Assembly (NCBI GenBank): GCA_965240325.2
Contig: OZ251229.1
Coordinates: forward strand, 1,240,001-1,304,000
Direction of reading: 5' to 3'
DNA from: Rebecca billardiae RCC1528
Taxonomy: Eukaryota > Protista > Haptophyta
Length of the DNA stretch: 64,000 bases
A program made the position numbers and the translations under genes. Under the pieces are notes generated by a model that saw only the letters and a program-made list of their open reading frames with translations, was not told the DNA's origin and did not search any database. This document shows, piece after piece, positions 49,164-61,478 of this stretch; the stretch's first letter is position 1; each line of letters begins with the position of its first letter.

Positions 49164-50696
49164 ATGGCGGCGGTGCGGCAGGAGTTCGACGAGCTCTGGT
49201 CGCTCTTCCGCTCGGGGGCGACGCGAGAGCACGCGTGGCGCGCGGCGCAGCTGGACGGGCTCGTGCGCTTCCTCGACGAGCGCGAGGCCGACGCGCTCCG
49301 CGCGCTGCGCGACGACCTCGGCCGCTCCGCGTTCGAGGCGGCGCTCACCGAGGTGGTCGTCACGCGCAACGACGCCGCGCGCGCGCGGCGCGCGCTGCGC
49401 GCGTGGATGCGCGACGAGCACGTGCCCACGCCGGCGCTGCTCTGCCCCGCGTCCTCCTTCGTCCGCCGCGAGCCGCTCGGCGTGTGCCTCCTCATCGGCC
49501 CGTTCAACTACCCGCTGCAGCTGCTGCTCTGCCCGCTGATCGGCGCGCTCGCCGCCGGCAACTGCGCGGTGCTCAAGCCGTCGGAGCGCGCGCCGGCGAC
49601 GTCGGCGCTGCTCGCGCGCGCGCTGCCCGCGTACTGCGCCGGCGTCGCCGTCGTCGAGGGCGGCCCCGACGTCGGCGCCGAGCTCGCCGCGCGCCGCTGG
49701 GGCCTCACCTTCTTCACGGGCGCCAAGGCGACCGGCCAGCGCGTCGCGCGCGCGGCCGCGGCGACGCTCACGCCGACGGTGCTCGAGTTGGGCGGGAAGA
49801 CGCCGGTGCTGGTGGACGGCACGGTCGACCCCGCGCTCGCCGCGCGGCGGCTCGCCTGGGGCAAGACGCTCGGCTGCGGCCAGACGTGCGTCGCGCCCGA
49901 CCTCATCCTCGTCACACGCGCCGCCGCCGAGCCGCTGCTCGGCGCGCTCGGCGCCGCGCTGCGCAGCTTCTACGGGCCGTCGGCGCGCGAGAGCGCGGAC
50001 TACGGGCAGATGGTGGACGGCGCGGCGGTGGCGCGGCTGCGCGCCGCGCTCGACGAGCCGCACGGCGGCCGGCTCTACTGCGGCGGCCAGACCGACGAGG
50101 CCGCGCGTTACGTCGCGCCCACCATCGTCGTCGACCCGGCGCCGTCGTCGCAGCTGATGCGGCACGAGACACTCGGCCCGGTGCTGGTCGTGCTCACCGT
50201 CGAGTCGGTCGAGGCGGGGCTGGCGCTGCTCGAGGCGCGCGCGGCGGTGGAGGAGCCGCTGTGCGCGTGCGTCTTCTCCGCCGACGCCGCCGTGCACGCC
50301 GCGCTGCTCGCGCGCGTGCGCTCGGGCGCCGTGCTCGTCAACGACTGCGTCGTACACGCCGCGCACCCGCATCTGCCGTTTGGCGGCGTCGGGCTCTCGG
50401 GCCACGGCGCCTACCACGGGCGCGCGTCTTACGAGGCGTTCTCGCATGCGCGCGCCGTGCTCGTGCGCCCCGCGCACGCCGCGCTCGAGCTCGACCGCCC
50501 GCTGCGCTACCCGCCCTACTCGGCGCCGCAGCTCGCCGCCGTGCGCGCCGCGCTGCTGCGGCTGCCGTGCCTGCCGCCGCGGCCGCTGCGCGCGCTGCTC
50601 GCGCTGCTGCTCGCGCGCGCGCTGTGGCGGTGGCTGCGCGCGCGGTACGCGCTCGCGCGCCGGCTGGCGCCGCCCGCGGCGGGGGGGCGCCGCTAG
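49164..50696 (+). CDS. ALDH3: Aldehyde dehydrogenase family 3 (fatty-aldehyde type)
   Basis: IGPFNYP, LKPSE, FFTG, LELGGKTP, GQTCVAPD, PFGGVGLSGHGAYHG, RYPPY, hydrophobic C-tail. Confidence 0.92.
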   Translation: MAAVRQEFDELWSLFRSGATREHAWRAAQLDGLVRFLDEREADALRALRDDLGRSAFEAALTEVVVTRNDAARARRALRAWMRDEHVPTPALLCPASSFVRREPLGVCLLIGPFNYPLQLLLCPLIGALAAGNCAVLKPSERAPATSALLARALPAYCAGVAVVEGGPDVGAELAARRWGLTFFTGAKATGQRVARAAAATLTPTVLELGGKTPVLVDGTVDPALAARRLAWGKTLGCGQTCVAPDLILVTRAAAEPLLGALGAALRSFYGPSARESADYGQMVDGAAVARLRAALDEPHGGRLYCGGQTDEAARYVAPTIVVDPAPSSQLMRHETLGPVLVVLTVESVEAGLALLEARAAVEEPLCACVFSADAAVHAALLARVRSGAVLVNDCVVHAAHPHLPFGGVGLSGHGAYHGRASYEAFSHARAVLVRPAHAALELDRPLRYPPYSAPQLAAVRAALLRLPCLPPRPLRALLALLLARALWRWLRARYALARRLAPPAAGGRR

Positions 50697-51265
50697 CCGC
50701 CCCGCCCGCGCGCGCGCCGCCGCCGCCGCCGCCGCCGAGACGCGCTGCTCATCATGTATAGGCCTGTTTTAATTCTACGAGAGCCCAACGGCGACATCCG
50801 CCAAAACGCGGCAAAATGGCGGCTTGCCCGCGGCCGCTGCTGGTGCGGGTGCCGGCGCGAAATCTTGCGGAGTACAGTTTATTATATTTGATGTTTTAAC
50901 GTGCGTAAGGCTCACGGTGGCAGGTTGCCGCGCCATCCTTCATCGCACGCTCTCCGAAGAGAGACAGTAGTGATGGCACGTCGTTGGCAGGCTTGGCAGC
51001 GCGCATTCTCAGATCGTACCAGTAAGTGAGTAGTCAACTAGCAGCGCGCTGACCTGTAGTATAGCGAAATGTGTTGCTAAGGCATGCTGCTTAGCCTTGC
51101 CTGGTGCTTCACCCTGACACAGGGGTCAAGACACACTCTACCGAGTACGACGACGACCCCTGGCCAACGCGGACATGATGGAGATTGAGTGCTTCGTCGT
51201 CGTCGGACGGGCGTGCGGAGCCGTGAGGTAGCGGCTCGCACCGACGCACGGCGACGGCCCGGTCG

Positions 51266-52184
51266 TCAGCTCGAGTCCGGGGCTTCGCGCTCGGTGGCGC
51301 CGTCCTCGAGCGTGTACAGCGAGGCGGAGAAGACAATGTCGCGGTGCATCGCGGCGCGCGCCGCGCCGAGCGTCTGCCCCAGCTCGGCGTTGCCCATCGC
51401 GTGCGTCGCGTTCTCGAGCTCGGCGAGCAGCTCGTCGAGCCGCTTGATCACGCGCACGACCGTGCCCTCAAAGAGCGAGGGGTCGAGCGCGCACACCTCC
51501 GCGAACGGGAGGCCGGCGGCCCACGCGTGCACGATGCGCATGAGGTGCGGCGAGAAGGCGGCGGCGTACGACTCGCCGCCGTCGAGCGCGACCAGGCTCG
51601 CGTCGGCGAGCACGCCGGCGATCCGCAGCGCGGCGGCGCGGAGGCGGTCATGCGCTTCGCACAGCGGCGCGGGCAGCCCCGACGCGGCGGCCGCGAGTGA
51701 GGCGGCGGAGGGCTTCTCCATGTCGGGCGCGATGAAGCACGAGGCGAGTGCGGCGAGGCTGGGCGCGTCGAGCGCGGCCATCGTGCCGTCGAAGAGCAGC
51801 TCGGCGGCGAGCAGCTCGTCGCCCACGTCGACCTCCATCGCCGCGCGCCCCTTGAGACTCACCACGCCCGAGCCGTCCACGTGGCCGAGCCGCGCGAGCA
51901 CGCGCCGCATGCGCCGCATCTCATGCACAAAGTTGGAGCAGAGGTTGCGGCAGCGCCGCTTGCGCGCGGCGGGCGTGGCGCTCGACGGCGCGCGCTTTGG
52001 CGCCGGCTCGCGCCGCGGCGTGCGCGCCGGCGTGCCGCCGCCGCCGTCCTCGTCGGCGCCGCCGGCCGCGGCCGACAGAGGCACGGCTCCGCCGCGCCGC
52101 TCGGCAGCCGCGGCGCCCGCCTCGCCCTCCTCCTCCGCCTCCGCCGCCTCCACTGCCGCCTCCGCTGCCGCCTCCGCCTCCGCC

Positions 52185-52224
<40 letters not shown>

Positions 52225-54562
52225 TGCTCTCGCCCTCACGCCGCGCGCGCGCCCGCCCGGCCGTGGCGCCGCCGAGCAGCTCGCGCGCCACGTCATCCAA
52301 GACGGTCGCCTCGATGCCGCGCCAGCTGGGCGCACAGCCGGGCGGCGCTGGCGCGCAGAAGCGCTGGGCGATGGCGCGGAGGGCGCCCAGGCCGACCGCC
52401 CTCGCCTCGGCGGAGCGCAGCTCGGCGGGCAGCCACGCGCGGACGGCCGAGACGCGCGAGATCGCGCTGAGCGGCACGCGCACGACGAGCGCGCGCGCGC
52501 ACGGCTCTGCCGGGTGCGCGGCGCGCAGCGTGGCGCGTTCCAGAGGCGGCGGCGGCGGCTCCTGCTCTGCCGACGGCGGCTGCGGCGGCTGCGGCGGCTG
52601 CGGGTACGCCGGAGGGAGGGCGGTGCCGGCGGGCGGCGGCGCGCCGCCGTTCGGCGCGCCGCCGCCGCCCATCCCGCCGGCACCGCCGCCGTGCACGCCG
52701 CCCGCCTCCTGCCCAGCCTCGCCCCCGCCTTCGCCGCCGCCCCCGCCTTCGCCTTTGCCGCCGCCGTCGGCGTCCGCCAGCGCGAGGCTAAGCAGCACGT
52801 CCACGCGCCACTCGTCCGCGCCGTGCGAGGGGAGCGCGTCGCCGCCCGGCGCGGGGGCCCAGCCCTGCGCGTGGCGCACGCCGACGACGAGCCCCCAGCC
52901 CCAGCCGCACAGCGCGCGGCGCACGCACACCAGCCGCCCCGGCTGCAGGTAGCGCAGTGTGTGCAGCGCGGATGCGGGCGGAGGCACGCGCACGCCGCGC
53001 GCGCGGCCGGCGGCGCCGCCGCGGCGGGCGGCGGCGGCGGGCACGCCGAGCTCGCGCGCGAGCGTCGCGAGCTCCGCCTCGCGCTGGAACGCGAAGAATG
53101 AGCGCGCCACCAGGTCGAACGGGTTGTGCGCCTCCATCGCGAGCAGCTTGAGGATCGTGTTGAAGCGCAACCGGAACGACGACTCTAGCGGTTCGGCCGC
53201 GCCGCGCACCGCGCGCTCGAGCGCGAGCGGCTCGAGGGCGTCGTCGGCGGAGGTCATCATGACGACGTAGCCCTCGGTGTCGAGGCCGCGCCTGCCCGCG
53301 CGCCCCGCCATCTGCGTGTACTCCGCCGCGCTCGGCATCCGGTGCCCCTCGCCGTCCCACTTGCGCATGCTGCTGAAGACGACCGTGCGCGCGGGCATGT
53401 TGACGCCCATAGCAAACGTCTCAGTGCAGAAGAGCAGGTGGATCTGGCCCTCCTGGAAGAGGAGCTCGACGACCTCCTTGAGGATGGGCAGCAGCCCGGA
53501 GTGGTGCAGGCCCACGCCGCGCCGCAGCAGCGGCAGCATCGCGCCCACCTGCGGCAGCGCCTGGTCCGCCTCGCCGAGCGACGCGACCGCCGCGCCAAAC
53601 ACCGCGTCGACGACCGCGGCGCGCGCCTCGTCCTGCGCGCGCTCCGCGTCGCCCGCGGCGTCGGCGGCGAGCGCGCCGTCGCGCACGGCCTGCGCGGCGA
53701 GCGACTCGCACTGCTTCCGCGAGAACGAGAAGATGATCGCCGGCAGCATCCGCCCCTCGCGCAGCGCGCGCACCACGCGCGCGACCTGCGACGGGCCGCG
53801 GCGCGCGGCCGCGCCGCCCGCCTCCGCCTCGCCCAGCGCGCGCGCGAGGTTAGCGTGGTCGAAGGGCCGGCCGGGCGCGGCGACGAGGTACATGCCCGGC
53901 GCGCCCGCCGGGTAGATGTAGTGGTGCAGCGGCGTCGGCCGCGTCTCCGTCGTCACCACGTGGCACGGCTGCTCGTGCACGGACGCGACCCAGCTCGCAA
54001 ACTCAGTCGCGTTCGGGATCGTCGCCGAGAGGAAGACAAAGCGCGCGTGCGGCGGGAGGAGCACGATGGTCTCCTCCCACACGACGCCGCGCGACTTGTC
54101 GCGCATGTAGTGCACCTCGTCGAACACCACCCACGCCACCTCGCGCACCGTGTCCGAGCCGCGGTACAGCATGTTGCGCAGGATCTCAGTCGTCATCACG
54201 AGCACGTCCGCGCCCGGCGAGAGCGTCACGTCGCCGGTCATCAGGCCGACGCGCTCGGCGCCGAACTGCTCGCGCAGCTCGCGGTACTTCTGGTTGGACA
54301 GCGCCTTGATCGGCGAGGTGTACACCACGCGCTGCTTGCGCGCGAGCGCGAGCGCGACCGCGTACAGCGCGACGACCGTCTTGCCCGCCGACGTGTGCGC
54401 CGAGACGAGCACAGACTCGGTCGCCTCGAGCGCGGCGATGGCGAGGCGCTGGAAGGCGTCGAGCGGGAACGGGAAGCGCAGCGCGGGCAGATCGTCGGGC
54501 ACCGCCAGCGGCGTCCGCCGCGGCGCGCGCCCCGGCTCGCACAGCCAGTGCGTCGCGCTCAT
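51266..54562 (-). CDS. MTR4: MTR4/SKIV2L2-type Ski2-like DExH RNA helicase
   Basis: SAHTSAGKT, YTSPIKALSNQKYREL, FDEVHYMRD, LSATIPNA, HHSGLLPILKEVVELLFQEG, QMAGRAGRRGLD, RDIVFSASLY. Confidence 0.93.
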
Positions 54563-54709
54563 GCTCGTCGGTCGGTCGCTCGTCCTCCCCAGCCGGGGCC
54601 GTGTCCGCAGCAGCGGCGTGCGCCACGCGCCCCCCGCCCCGAGTCGCGGACGCAGGAACGATGGCGTCGGCGGCCTTGCGTACACAGGGGAGTTGAGAGG
54701 TAAGGCCGC

Positions 54710-56210
54710 ATGTCGCTCTTCGACGACCTGCCCGCCCCGACGCAGGCGACGCCGCCGACATCAGTCGCGGACGGCGCGGCACGGCCGTCGCCCTTCGACC
54801 TCACGCCCTCCGCCAGCGCCGTCGGCGCGTCGCATGCGGGCGGCGCACGCCCGGCGCTCGCGCCCGCGCTGCCCGCGCTGCCCTCGGACAAGAAGCGCGA
54901 CGCCGCGAGGGCCGCGCTGGGCGGCGCGAACCTGCTGCTCCCGCAGGCCGTGCGCAGACGCCCCGCGCAGCCCACCACGCCGCCGGTGCCCAAGCCCAGG
55001 CCGACGCCGCCAGTGGCACCCGCGGAGGGCGGCGGCGCCGCGTCCGCGGCGGCCGCCGCCGTGAGCATCGCCGCGCCCTCGCCGAGCTGCGCGGAGGTGG
55101 TGAGCACGTCGTCGTGGTGGAAGGAGGTGTCCGACCCGTACGACCCGCTCAGGCCCAACGACTACGCGCAGTACAGGCACGAGCGCGAGCTGCTCGAGCG
55201 CGCGCGCGCGCTCGAAGCGAGGGTCGCCGCCGCGACATCGGCCGGCGCGGGCCGGGAGCACACGTCCGGCCCCGGGCACGCCGGCTTCGACGGGCCAGAG
55301 GGCGTGGGCGCACCGCCGCCCGGCGCGCCGCCCGGGCCGCCGCCCGGGCCGCCGCCCGGGCCGGCACCGCCGACAGCGATGGCTCCGCCGCCGCCGCCGT
55401 CGCCGCTGCCGCCGCCGCCGTCGCATGGCAGCGCCGACGGCGCGCGCAGAGCGGCGGCGCCGAGCGACAGCACCGGGCACGCGGACCCCGGCCTGGCGCT
55501 GATGCAGCGCATGGGGTGGGAGGAGGGCAAGGGTGCGCGCGCCGCGACGCCGTGCGCTCGTCGCGCGCAAGCGAGCCAAGCGCCCGCTCGATCGGCGCCC
55601 GCTGCGCCCGCGCTGTGCGCGATGCCACGCCCGCCCTCACCGTCATCCCTGCGCGCGCGCGCCGGCCGACCGCGCAGGGCTGGGCAAGGCGGAGCAGGGC
55701 ATGACAACGCCGCTCGTCGCCATGCGAGCTGCAGGCGGCACCGGCCGCATCGCCAACGCCGCGCCTCGTCCTGGCGCGCCGCCGCCGCCGCCGCCGTCCG
55801 CCGCGGCGGCGGCGCCGCTACCGCCGCCAGCAGCCTCGGCGCCGCCGACCGGCGGCGCGGGCGCGGGCGGCGCGCGGCCCGTGACGCTGCGCGGCCGGCC
55901 GAGCAAGCTGCTCCTCCTGCGCAACACGGCGGACAGCGCGGAGGCCGCGAACGACGCGCTGCGCGAGGACATCGGCACCGAGTGCCAGAGCAAGTACGGC
56001 GACGTCGCCGACGTTGTCGTGCACGTGTGCGCCAACCGCGTGGGCACGGGCGATGTCGTGCGCACGTTCGTGCGCTTCGCGCGGCAGGCGTCGGCGATGA
56101 AGGCGTACCTCGGCCTCGACGGGCGGTACTTTGACGGACGCGAGCTCGTGGCTTGGTTTTACTCGGAGGACGCCTTCGAGGCGGGCGAGTTTGAGCTCGC
56201 GCTCGGGTGA
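54710..56210 (+). CDS. SPF45: Splicing factor 45 (RBM17/DRT111); intron 55533-55677
   Basis: SPF45 motif YDPLRPNDY; G-patch LMQRMGWEEGKGLGKAEQG; UHM LLLRN...ECQSKYGDV...LDGRYFDGR. Confidence 0.92.
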
Positions 56211-56554
56211 CGAGTCATTGAACCCCGGGGCCCCATCTGACGCCGTCGTTTAGCTAGTAAGTAGTATAATAATAATAGTATTAGTAAGTGCGCGGGCCCA
56301 TCAGCAAGGGCGTTCCCAGGCCCCGGCTGCCACACGCTCCCCAAATAATCAATCCCCCCCCCCCCTGGGGCCGTGGGGGGGGCATTGACTACAGCGGACT
56401 CAAGTCGGCAACTATGCTGTTGAAAGTGTTGAAGTCAACGCGGCCGCGGCCGCATAACTGACCACGTGCGTCATGATGGCCGAATGTCGTCGACTGCGCC
56501 TGCACTGCACCGTCCTCGTCGTGTGCTTCCAGCCTTGATCGCTAGAGCAGAATT

Positions 56555-58143
56555 TTAGACCGTCGTCGTGAGGGTTGTGGGTGCGTGGCGCGGGGCGGAG
56601 CTTGGCCGGTGGGGGCTGTGGTGCCGTGGCGTGGTGCGCGGGCGCTGGCGCTTTTTGGGCGGTGGACTCCTCATCGCCTCGGGCGACTCGGGTGACTCGG
56701 AGCCGCCCCCCTCCTCGCCCGTCGAGTCCGCCGCCGCCGCCGTCGCGCCGAGCGCGCCGCCAGCGCCGCCCGCTCCGTTCACCGCCTCGAGCGCCGCCTG
56801 GTGCAGGTTCCCGACGAGGCCCTCGATCGTCTGCAGCCGCTGCTTGGGCGGCAGCCTCTGCTGGGCATCGACGACGTCGACGATGTCCTTGGCGAGCTGG
56901 GCGACGCGCTCGGCGCTCGAGCGGACAAAGTCGTCCCGCGCCATCGCGTGCGGCTGCACCACCATCGGCTGCGCGGACTGCTGGTGAGTGGGCGCCGCGA
57001 CCATGTTCACAACCACCTGCTGCGGCGCGCGCACGCCCGCTCGTCCGGGCGCCGCCGCGCCCGTCATGGCGGTGTTGGCCCAGGAGGGCATGGGCATCGG
57101 CATGACCGGCACGCCTTGGTCCGGCATGGGGTGGCACCGAGGCGGGCCGTACGTGTACGGGTGCTGCGAAGGCGCGGCCGGCAGCTGCGGCGTCGGCTGC
57201 GGCGGTGGCCGCCACATCACGGGCGGCGCGGCGTGTCCGCCCATCGTCTCGACGTGGCCGTGCACGGGCATGTGCGCGGCCATGGCGTGTGTGGGGGGCA
57301 GCGGCGTGGCCGACGGCTGCATGTGCATCGCGAGCTGCGGCTGCGGCGGCAGCTGCTGCGCGTGCCCGTGCGGGTGGTGCGCGTGCGGGTGTGCCTGCAT
57401 GTGCATCGGCCGCATCGGGTCGTGCGTCACCGACGTCAGCAGCTGCGGCTGCGTCGGCAGCGCGGTCGGCGCGGGCGCCGACGGTTGGTGGGCATGCCCG
57501 GAGCCGTCGCTCCGCCCGTATCGCCCCGCCTGCCGCTGGAGCGCGTGGTACCGGTTCTTGATCGCGTGGCCGGTGCGCCCGGGCAGGTGCGCCTTGAGCC
57601 TCGACCAGCGCTGCGGCGGGCGGCGAGCGCGCGGCGCGCGGCCGGCGGGCGGCGCAGCGTGCGCGGGTGAGAGGGCGGCGGGCGGGGCGGAGGGCGATGG
57701 GAGCACACGCAGGCGGAGGGGCCCACCTGGTCTCCGTTCATTGCCACGGCCTGGATGAGGAACGCGTCCTCCTCGGGCGTCCAGTCGCCCTTGCGCACGC
57801 TGGTCGCGAGGTGGTTGTGCCACCGCTCGCGGCATTGCCTGCGTACACGAGCGCACGGACGGGGTTGCGGTGGCTTCGGTCGGCGAGTGACGTCGTGGCG
57901 CTTGCGGGGGCGATGGGCGAGCGCGCGCGCGCGCGCGCGGCTGGTCGGAGCCCGCGGGCCGCGGACACGCCGGCAGAGCGCGGCTCACCAGTCATTGCGC
58001 GTGCCCATCTGCTTGGCGATCGACGACCACGAGCGCGCTCCCGTCTGCGCGACAATGTCCTTGAGGCGATCGTCCTCCTCTGCCGTCCACGCTCTCCGAT
58101 GGCTGGCCTGATACTGCATGTCCGACTCTGGAGGCTGCTGCAT
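56555..58143 (-). CDS. R2R3-MYB transcription factor; introns 57839-57988 and 57611-57726
   Basis: WTAEEDDRL...WSSIAKQMGTRNDWQCRERWHNHL...KGDWTPEEDAFL...RWSRLKAHLPGRTGHAIKNRY, then a Pro/Gln/His-rich region. Confidence 0.92.
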
Positions 58144-58486
58144 CCGCTCGTTGGTGGCCGCCAGCGCCAGGGCGACAAGGTGCGGGGAGCAGGTTGCTTT
58201 TTCTCCGTGCGCGGTTCGCACGGGGTTGAGGTTCCAAACCTCCGACGAAGCCCCTTCGGAAGAGATAGTACCAGCGCGCGTCGGATATAATCGCGAGCCC
58301 CGCTCGCATTGGTTGTTCTGTCAGAACAAGCATGCGAGCGGAGCGAGTTTTCCGGTAGGACACGCGAAGTCCGGTGATTCTTACAAAGTTGATGGCCTTC
58401 CAATAGGTATCCCGAGGAATACAGTTTAGTCAGATCCCAATTGGGGCCAACGGTTTTTCGTGCAATCTGTCAGCAGTCGACTCCCC

Positions 58487-58489
<3 letters not shown>

Positions 58490-58530
<41 letters not shown>

Positions 58531-59008
58531 GCACACACTGGCACACACTGGCACACACTGGCACACACTGGCACACACTGGCACACACTGGCACACACTG
58601 GCACACACTGGCACACACTGGCACACACTGGCACACACTGGCACACACTGGCACACACTGGCACACACTGGCACACACTGGCACACACTGGCACACACTG
58701 GCACACACTGGCACACACTGGCACACACTGGCACACACTGGCACACACTGGCACACACTGGCACACACTGGCACACACTGGCACACACTGGCACACACTG
58801 GCACACACTGGCACACACTGGCACACACTGGCACACACTGGCACACACTGGCACACACTGGCACACACTGGCACACACTGGCACACACTGGCACACACTG
58901 GCACACACTGGCACACACTGGCACACACTGGCACACACTGGCACACACTGGCACACACTGGCACACACTGGCACACACTGGCACACACTGGCACACACTG
59001 GCACACTG
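58490..59008. repeat. (CA)~19 followed by (GCACACACTG)47
   Basis: Perfect 10-bp units at 58531-59000. Confidence 0.98.
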
Positions 59009-60132
59009 GCGAAAGCGAGCCTCCCCAAGGGTGGTTGCTCAGGGTCGCCGACTCCAGCGGAGTCCGGCGCCGGAACTTCACCTCCGATTTTTTGCGGCGG
59101 CGCGGCGTGCGGGGCCGCCGCCGCTGTGGCGGGCCGCTCGGGGCGTGCACGGCGTGGGCTCGTGCGGCCGCTGCCGCGCACGCCGAGCGATCCGGCGCGG
59201 GCTCGCGGCTTGTCGATGGCCTCGCGCGCCGCAGCGCGGCGCGCGCCTTGCCTAGCTTCGCCTGTCTCGCGCCTTGGCCGCCGTGCACGCGTGCGCCGCC
59301 AAACCGCAAGCTCGGCATAGCTCTCAGCCGAGCGTGCACGTGCCTTGCGCGACGCGACGCGGGCATTGCCAGCGGGCGATGTAGCCGTAGTGCGAGCGCG
59401 CGTCGTGAAGCCTCGGCGCGGATCGAGAGCAATGAGACGATGCCGCGTACGCGCGTGGACCATCTGTGCGTTGAGCAGTGCTCAAAGCTTGACGACTGAC
59501 TCTCTTGCCGGGGCGATCGTCATGTCGCATCGTCACGCAAGGCCCGCACGCATGACATAGTGGCGTGTGTTTCTTGACAACAACGCTCGACTAGTCTTCA
59601 CGAGTTGCAGCGTCGCGATAGCCCTGAGAGTCGTTCAACGGAGCGGACCGTGGTGTCCATTGGTGGTTGGTGCCGTCAGCTGTTGTCGACAGCTGACCGA
59701 GACGTTGAAGACACTCACGATCCGCGTCGAGGCTTCACGACGCGCGCTCGCACTACGGCTACATCACCCGCCGGCAATGCCCGCGTCGCGTCGCGCAAGG
59801 CACGTGCACGCTCGGCTGAGAGCTATGCCGAGCTTGCGGTTTGGCGGCGCACGCGTGCACGGCGGCCAAGGCGCGAGACAGGCGAAGCTAGGCAAGGCGC
59901 GCGCCGCGCTGCGGCGCGCGAGGCCATCGACAAGCCGCGAGCCCGCGCCGGATCGCTCGGCGTGCGCGGCAGCGGCCGCACGAGCCCACGCCGTGCACGC
60001 CCCGAGCGGCCCGCCACAGCGGCGGCGGCCCCGCACGCCGCGCCGCCGCAAAAAATCGGAGGTGAAGTTCCGGCGCCGGACTCCGCTGGAGTCGGCGACC
60101 CTGAGCAACCACCCTTGGGGAGGCTCGCTTTC

Positions 60133-60543
60133 GCCAGTGTGCCAGTGTGTGCCAGTGTGTGCCAGTGTGTGCCAGTGTGTGCCAGTGTGTGCCAGTGTGT
60201 GCCAGTGTGTGCCAGTGTGTGCCAGTGTGTGCCAGTGTGTGCCAGTGTGTGCCAGTGTGTGCCAGTGTGTGCCAGTGTGTGCCAGTGTGTGCCAGTGTGT
60301 GCCAGTGTGTGCCAGTGTGTGCCAGTGTGTGCCAGTGTGTGCCAGTGTGTGCCAGTGTGTGCCAGTGTGTGCCAGTGTGTGCCAGTGTGTGCCAGTGTGT
60401 GCCAGTGTGTGCCGGTGTGTGCCAGTGTGTGCCAGTGTGTGCCAGTGTGTGCCAGTGTGTGCCAGTGTGTGCCAGTGTGTGCCAGTGTGTGCCAGTGTGT
60501 GCCAGTGTGTGCCAGTGTGTGCCAGTGTGTGCCAGTGTGTGCC
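60133..60543. repeat. (GCCAGTGTGT)40
   Basis: Units at 60141-60540, with one variant at 60411-60420. Confidence 0.98.
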
Positions 60544-61125
60544 GACCACGCGGTTCGGCAAGAGCACACTGCTTCAGCTTCGTCCTCCGCCGTTGCTCGC
60601 TCCCTTCAAGAGATCGGTGCACAGTGATCGGTGAAGGAGTGAGGACTGTGATGATGTCATGATGCTGAGGAAGCCGGACAAACACCAAGCAAGCAGTGCC
60701 GGACCGCCCCGGCCGGCGGTGCGGAAGCACTGCGCGCAGGCGGGTCTACGATGCTTCGCCCTCGCCAAGGCGCGCGCTTCTTGCGGCCGCAGATCTCCCA
60801 GTGGATGCGGCGCGTGGTCGGTGCCAAGGCGCATGCGGAATAGTGTGTGCCCCTCGTACCTGAACCTCACCCCGGCTGCTCGCCGGACCCAGCGCCATGA
60901 CCGCTGCGCGCACCGCGTGCGCGTGCGGCTCGCAGTCGCGGACGCTTCCGGTCCGCAAACCGCGGGCGGTCAGAAGGATGCAGCAGCTTCGGGAGGTGCC
61001 GCATCGGAGTGCCTGCTGCTTCGAGCTGCTGCTTCTTGCTTCTCCCACCACCTGCGAGCACTCCCACCACCTGCGCGCTTGCTTCTGCTTGCGGCTCCCA
61101 CCACCTGCGCGCTTGTAGTCTTGCG

Positions 61126-61478
61126 TGCAGCAGTACGGCATACCATGCACGCAGCAGTACCATACCATGCGCACAGCAGTGCCATACCATGCGCGCAGCA
61201 GTACCGCCAGTACCATACCATCATGCGTGCAGCAGTACCATACCATGCACGCGGCAGTACCATACCATGCGCGCAGCAGCAGTACATACTCCTGATCATG
61301 CGTGCAGCAGAGTACCATACTACCATGCGCACAGCAGTACCATACCATGCGCGCAGCAGTACCATACCATCATGCACGCAGCAGTACCATACCATGCGCG
61401 CAGCAGTACCATACCATGCGAGCAGCACGGTACCGCCAGTACTCTGTCACTACTGGTACCATCATGCGTGCAGCAGTA
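61126..61478. repeat. 22-25 bp minisatellite GCAGCAGTACCATACCAT(CAT)GCGC
   Basis: About 14 degenerate tandem units. Confidence 0.9.

Larger units (their letters stand above)
58490..60543. mobile_element. Foldback-like element: long inverted arms (10-bp array + ~420 bp unique) around a 292-bp spacer
   Basis: 59001-59425 is the reverse complement of 59718-60140 (about 3 mismatches seen, all near the inner ends); the outer arrays mirror each other. Confidence 0.8.

Noticed and set aside
56988-57758. Cys/Gly-rich metallothionein-like ORF
   Set aside because: Antisense shadow of the Pro/Gln/His-rich MYB C-terminus.
59718-60140. Hammerhead ribozyme of a Penelope-like element in the foldback arm
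   Set aside because: No CTGANGA...GAAA core with supporting stems found by eye.
58426-60730. Cys-rich (VCQCVPVCAS)n and His-rich (HTGTHWHTLA)n ORFs
   Set aside because: These are translations of a stop-free 10-bp minisatellite, open in all frames.
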